Source: Samsonia erythrinae
GTDB taxonomy: Bacteria > Pseudomonadota > Gammaproteobacteria > Enterobacterales > Enterobacteriaceae
Length of the DNA: 40,000 nt
NCBI RefSeq assembly: GCF_004342665.1
Contig: NZ_SMBY01000004.1
Coordinates: forward strand, 177,198-217,197
Direction: 5' to 3'
Part shown: piece by piece, positions 38,007 to 40,000 of the stretch
Numbering within the stretch: position 1 is the stretch's first letter
Layout of the letters: each line of letters opens with the position of its first letter
Program-made: the position numbers and the translations under genes
Notes under the pieces: model-generated
Seen by the model: only the letters and a program-made list of their open reading frames with translations
Told to the model about the DNA's origin: nothing
The model's database searches: none

Positions 38007-40000
38007 ATGCTGGCGACAATTACCGATTATAAACAACGCATCACGCTGATTCAGGACAGCGGTATTCAGTTTCTGGATTTTGCCCTAAAGCCGGATCTGT
38101 CGGTTGAACGGCCTAACTGCTATGTGCGTAAAAGCGCGAACGGCCCTCTACTCCACCTGTTATACGATGAAGATTCAAACAAGTTTTTGCTGCCTTCCGC
38201 TGCGGGTATGCCGCCGGAAGTCGTGAAGCCAGAGCTAAGCATTCCGCTTGAGCAATCATTAAAACTGCTGGAAAAGATCTGGCTGCCGCTGCCCTTCTTT
38301 CGTTTCAACCCGCCGCGCACCTTTATGGGGGGGCCGGATAACTGGGCACGGATGCAGATCCTTGCTCTGGATACGCCGGATCAGGACGGTAACTCGTACC
38401 GCATTTGTCTGGCATTCGACACCAAAACCTATCCTGAAGGACATGAATACGAGTCACTGTCGCCCAATGCCAATGATGTTAAAACAGGAGGCCATTTCGC
38501 GCTGGCCTATCGCAGCGAGGAACTGGGCGAATTTCTTGATGAAACCTGGGTCGACGGCTGGCTACGTGAAGTCTTTACTCAGCAGGTCAAAGCGCTGGAA
38601 AACCGAGACAACCATGCGATCAAAGTAGCATTGCGCGGATTTGAATATCAGGCGCACTATCTGAATGTGCTGGATATGCTAGGCAACCAGCTCGATATTC
38701 CGGAAATCCGCATCAATACCAGTACGTTGCAGGAGCCGGCGGTCAACGTTGATTTGATCCTGGATGTCGGCAACTCGCATACCTGCGGCATTCTGGTAGA
38801 AGATCATGCCGATGAAAGCAACGGGCTGAAGCAGACCTATGAGCTGCAACTGCGCGATCTGAGCGAGCCGCACCATCTCTATAACGAACTGTTTGAGAGC
38901 CGCATTGAGTTTTCGCAGGCCAGATTCGGTAAGCAAAATTTTTCGGTAGAAAGCGGCCGTGATGACGCCTTTATCTGGCCTTCTATCACCCGCGTCGGGC
39001 GTGAAGCCAGCCACTTGGCGCTGCGGCGCCAGGGAACCGAAGGATCCAGCGGAATTTCCAGCCCACGCCGTTACCTGTGGGATGAAGAAAGCTATGCGCC
39101 GGGCTGGCGTTTTAGTCAGGCAGACGCCCACACGCAAACTGAGCCACTGGCTACCGCGATGCCGTTGACCATTATGCTCAACGATGAAGGTCAACCGCTC
39201 TATAACCAACCGCTGGAAGAACGCTTACCGGTATTCTCTCCGCACTACAGCCGCAGTTCGATCATGACATTCATGTTGTCCGAATTGCTGGCGCAGGCGC
39301 AGATGCAAATGAACAGCGTCGCGCAGCGGTTGAAAATGATCCACAGCACGGCCCCTCGTCAACTGCGCAATATTATTCTGACGTTGCCTTCGGCGATGCC
39401 GAAACCCGAACGTGAAATCTTCCGCCGCCGCATGCATGAAGCGATCGCGCTGGTCTGGAAAGCGATGGGCTGGCACCCGCTGGATGAGGATTTCACGACG
39501 CCAGCCGACAAACAGAAAAGTCGGGTTCCGGTGCCTGAGGTGCAAATCGAGTGGGATGAAGCCACCTGCGGGCAAATGGTGTACCTGTATAACGAAGCAC
39601 AGGTGAACTTTGGCGGTCGCGTGGAAGACTTCTTCGCCAGTATGGCAAGGCCGGATAAAGAACTTGCCGAGGGCGAGCACGCGGGGAAAACGTTGCGCAT
39701 TGCCTCGATCGATATTGGCGGCGGCACGACAGACCTCGCCATTACGCAATATGTGCTGGATGACGGCGTCGGCAATAACGTCAAAATCATCCCGCGTCTG
39801 CTGTTTCGCGAAGGCTTTAAGGTGGCTGGCGATGATATCTTGCTGGATGTCATTCAGCTCTATGTTCTACCCGCTTTACAGGCCGCGCTGAAAACAGCCG
39901 GTATGATCAGCCCTGACGCGCTGATGGCGAAACTGTTTGGTAACGAAGGCCGCATGGATGCGCAACTCACGCTGCGTCAGCAGGTCACGTTGCAGGTTTT
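38007..40000 (+). CDS. srfB: SrfB-family protein, N-terminal ~664 codons (continues beyond window)
   Basis: The frame is open from the ATG at 38007 to the window end, and is absent from the ORF track because it has no stop. I translated it by hand: MLATITDYKQRITLIQDSGIQFLDFALKPD...LILDVGNSHTCGILVED...LRIASIDIGGGTTDLAITQY... It follows srfA directly. The long antisense ORFs here are shadows. Confidence 0.8.
   Translation, partial: MLATITDYKQRITLIQDSGIQFLDFALKPDLSVERPNCYVRKSANGPLLHLLYDEDSNKFLLPSAAGMPPEVVKPELSIPLEQSLKLLEKIWLPLPFFRFNPPRTFMGGPDNWARMQILALDTPDQDGNSYRICLAFDTKTYPEGHEYESLSPNANDVKTGGHFALAYRSEELGEFLDETWVDGWLREVFTQQVKALENRDNHAIKVALRGFEYQAHYLNVLDMLGNQLDIPEIRINTSTLQEPAVNVDLILDVGNSHTCGILVEDHADESNGLKQTYELQLRDLSEPHHLYNELFESRIEFSQARFGKQNFSVESGRDDAFIWPSITRVGREASHLALRRQGTEGSSGISSPRRYLWDEESYAPGWRFSQADAHTQTEPLATAMPLTIMLNDEGQPLYNQPLEERLPVFSPHYSRSSIMTFMLSELLAQAQMQMNSVAQRLKMIHSTAPRQLRNIILTLPSAMPKPEREIFRRRMHEAIALVWKAMGWHPLDEDFTTPADKQKSRVPVPEVQIEWDEATCGQMVYLYNEAQVNFGGRVEDFFASMARPDKELAEGEHAGKTLRIASIDIGGGTTDLAITQYVLDDGVGNNVKIIPRLLFREGFKVAGDDILLDVIQLYVLPALQAALKTAGMISPDALMAKLFGNEGRMDAQLTLRQQVTLQV

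Noticed and set aside
38679-39853. Minus-strand ORFs of 176, 174 and 164 aa over the srfB region.
   Set aside because: The plus-strand frame from 38007 is open for ~664 codons and encodes a coherent SrfB-like protein with ATPase motifs. The antisense ORFs have no motifs and overlap one another.
1-40000. Scan for tRNA, rRNA, CRISPR repeats, IS or transposase genes, integrases, phage genes and flanking direct repeats that would mark the hydrogenase cluster as a mobile island.
   Set aside because: I recognised none by eye: no regularly spaced repeats, no transposase- or integrase-like ORFs, and no tRNA-like cloverleaf candidates in the intergenic regions. An absence judged by eye is not proof, so a proper tRNAscan, ISfinder or repeat search could still change this.

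Overview
Chromosomal window from an Enterobacterales genome; NikA, HycE/HyfG, HyfB/D/E/F and FhlA/HyfR align closely by eye to my recollection of the E. coli proteins. The core, about 6.5-34.4 kb, is one contiguous hydrogen-metabolism cluster. It contains hypABCDE (-); a divergent sigma54 activator of the FhlA/HyfR family (+); a complete Hyf-type (hydrogenase-4 / FHL-2) operon hyfABCDEFGHIJ followed by hycI (-); a divergent hydN-fdhF-hypF operon (+), whose FdhF carries Cys (TGC) where E. coli FDH-H has selenocysteine; and nikABCDE (-), whose 3' end overlaps the 3' end of hypF by 10 bp. Three -24/-12 (sigma54) promoter candidates and dyad-rich upstream elements lie in the two divergent intergenic regions. 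The left flank holds ddc (partial) and dat for 1,3-diaminopropane synthesis, then a TetR regulator with a perfect 14-bp palindrome at its start codon, a saccharopine-dehydrogenase-like NAD(P)-binding protein, a YddW/DigH-like lipoprotein and a small VF530/DUF2132 protein. The right flank is a visibly more AT-rich stretch of small genes: a CsbD/DUF883-like tail-anchored protein, a secreted Rap1a/Tai-like protein and a YjbD/DUF3811-like protein. It is followed by srfA and the first ~664 codons of srfB, which runs off the window. The srf genes are the least understood element here, and SrfB shows clear actin/Hsp70-type ATPase phosphate motifs. I found no tRNA, rRNA, CRISPR array, IS element, integrase or obvious pseudogene. 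All homology statements rest on reading the translations and on memory, not on database searches.
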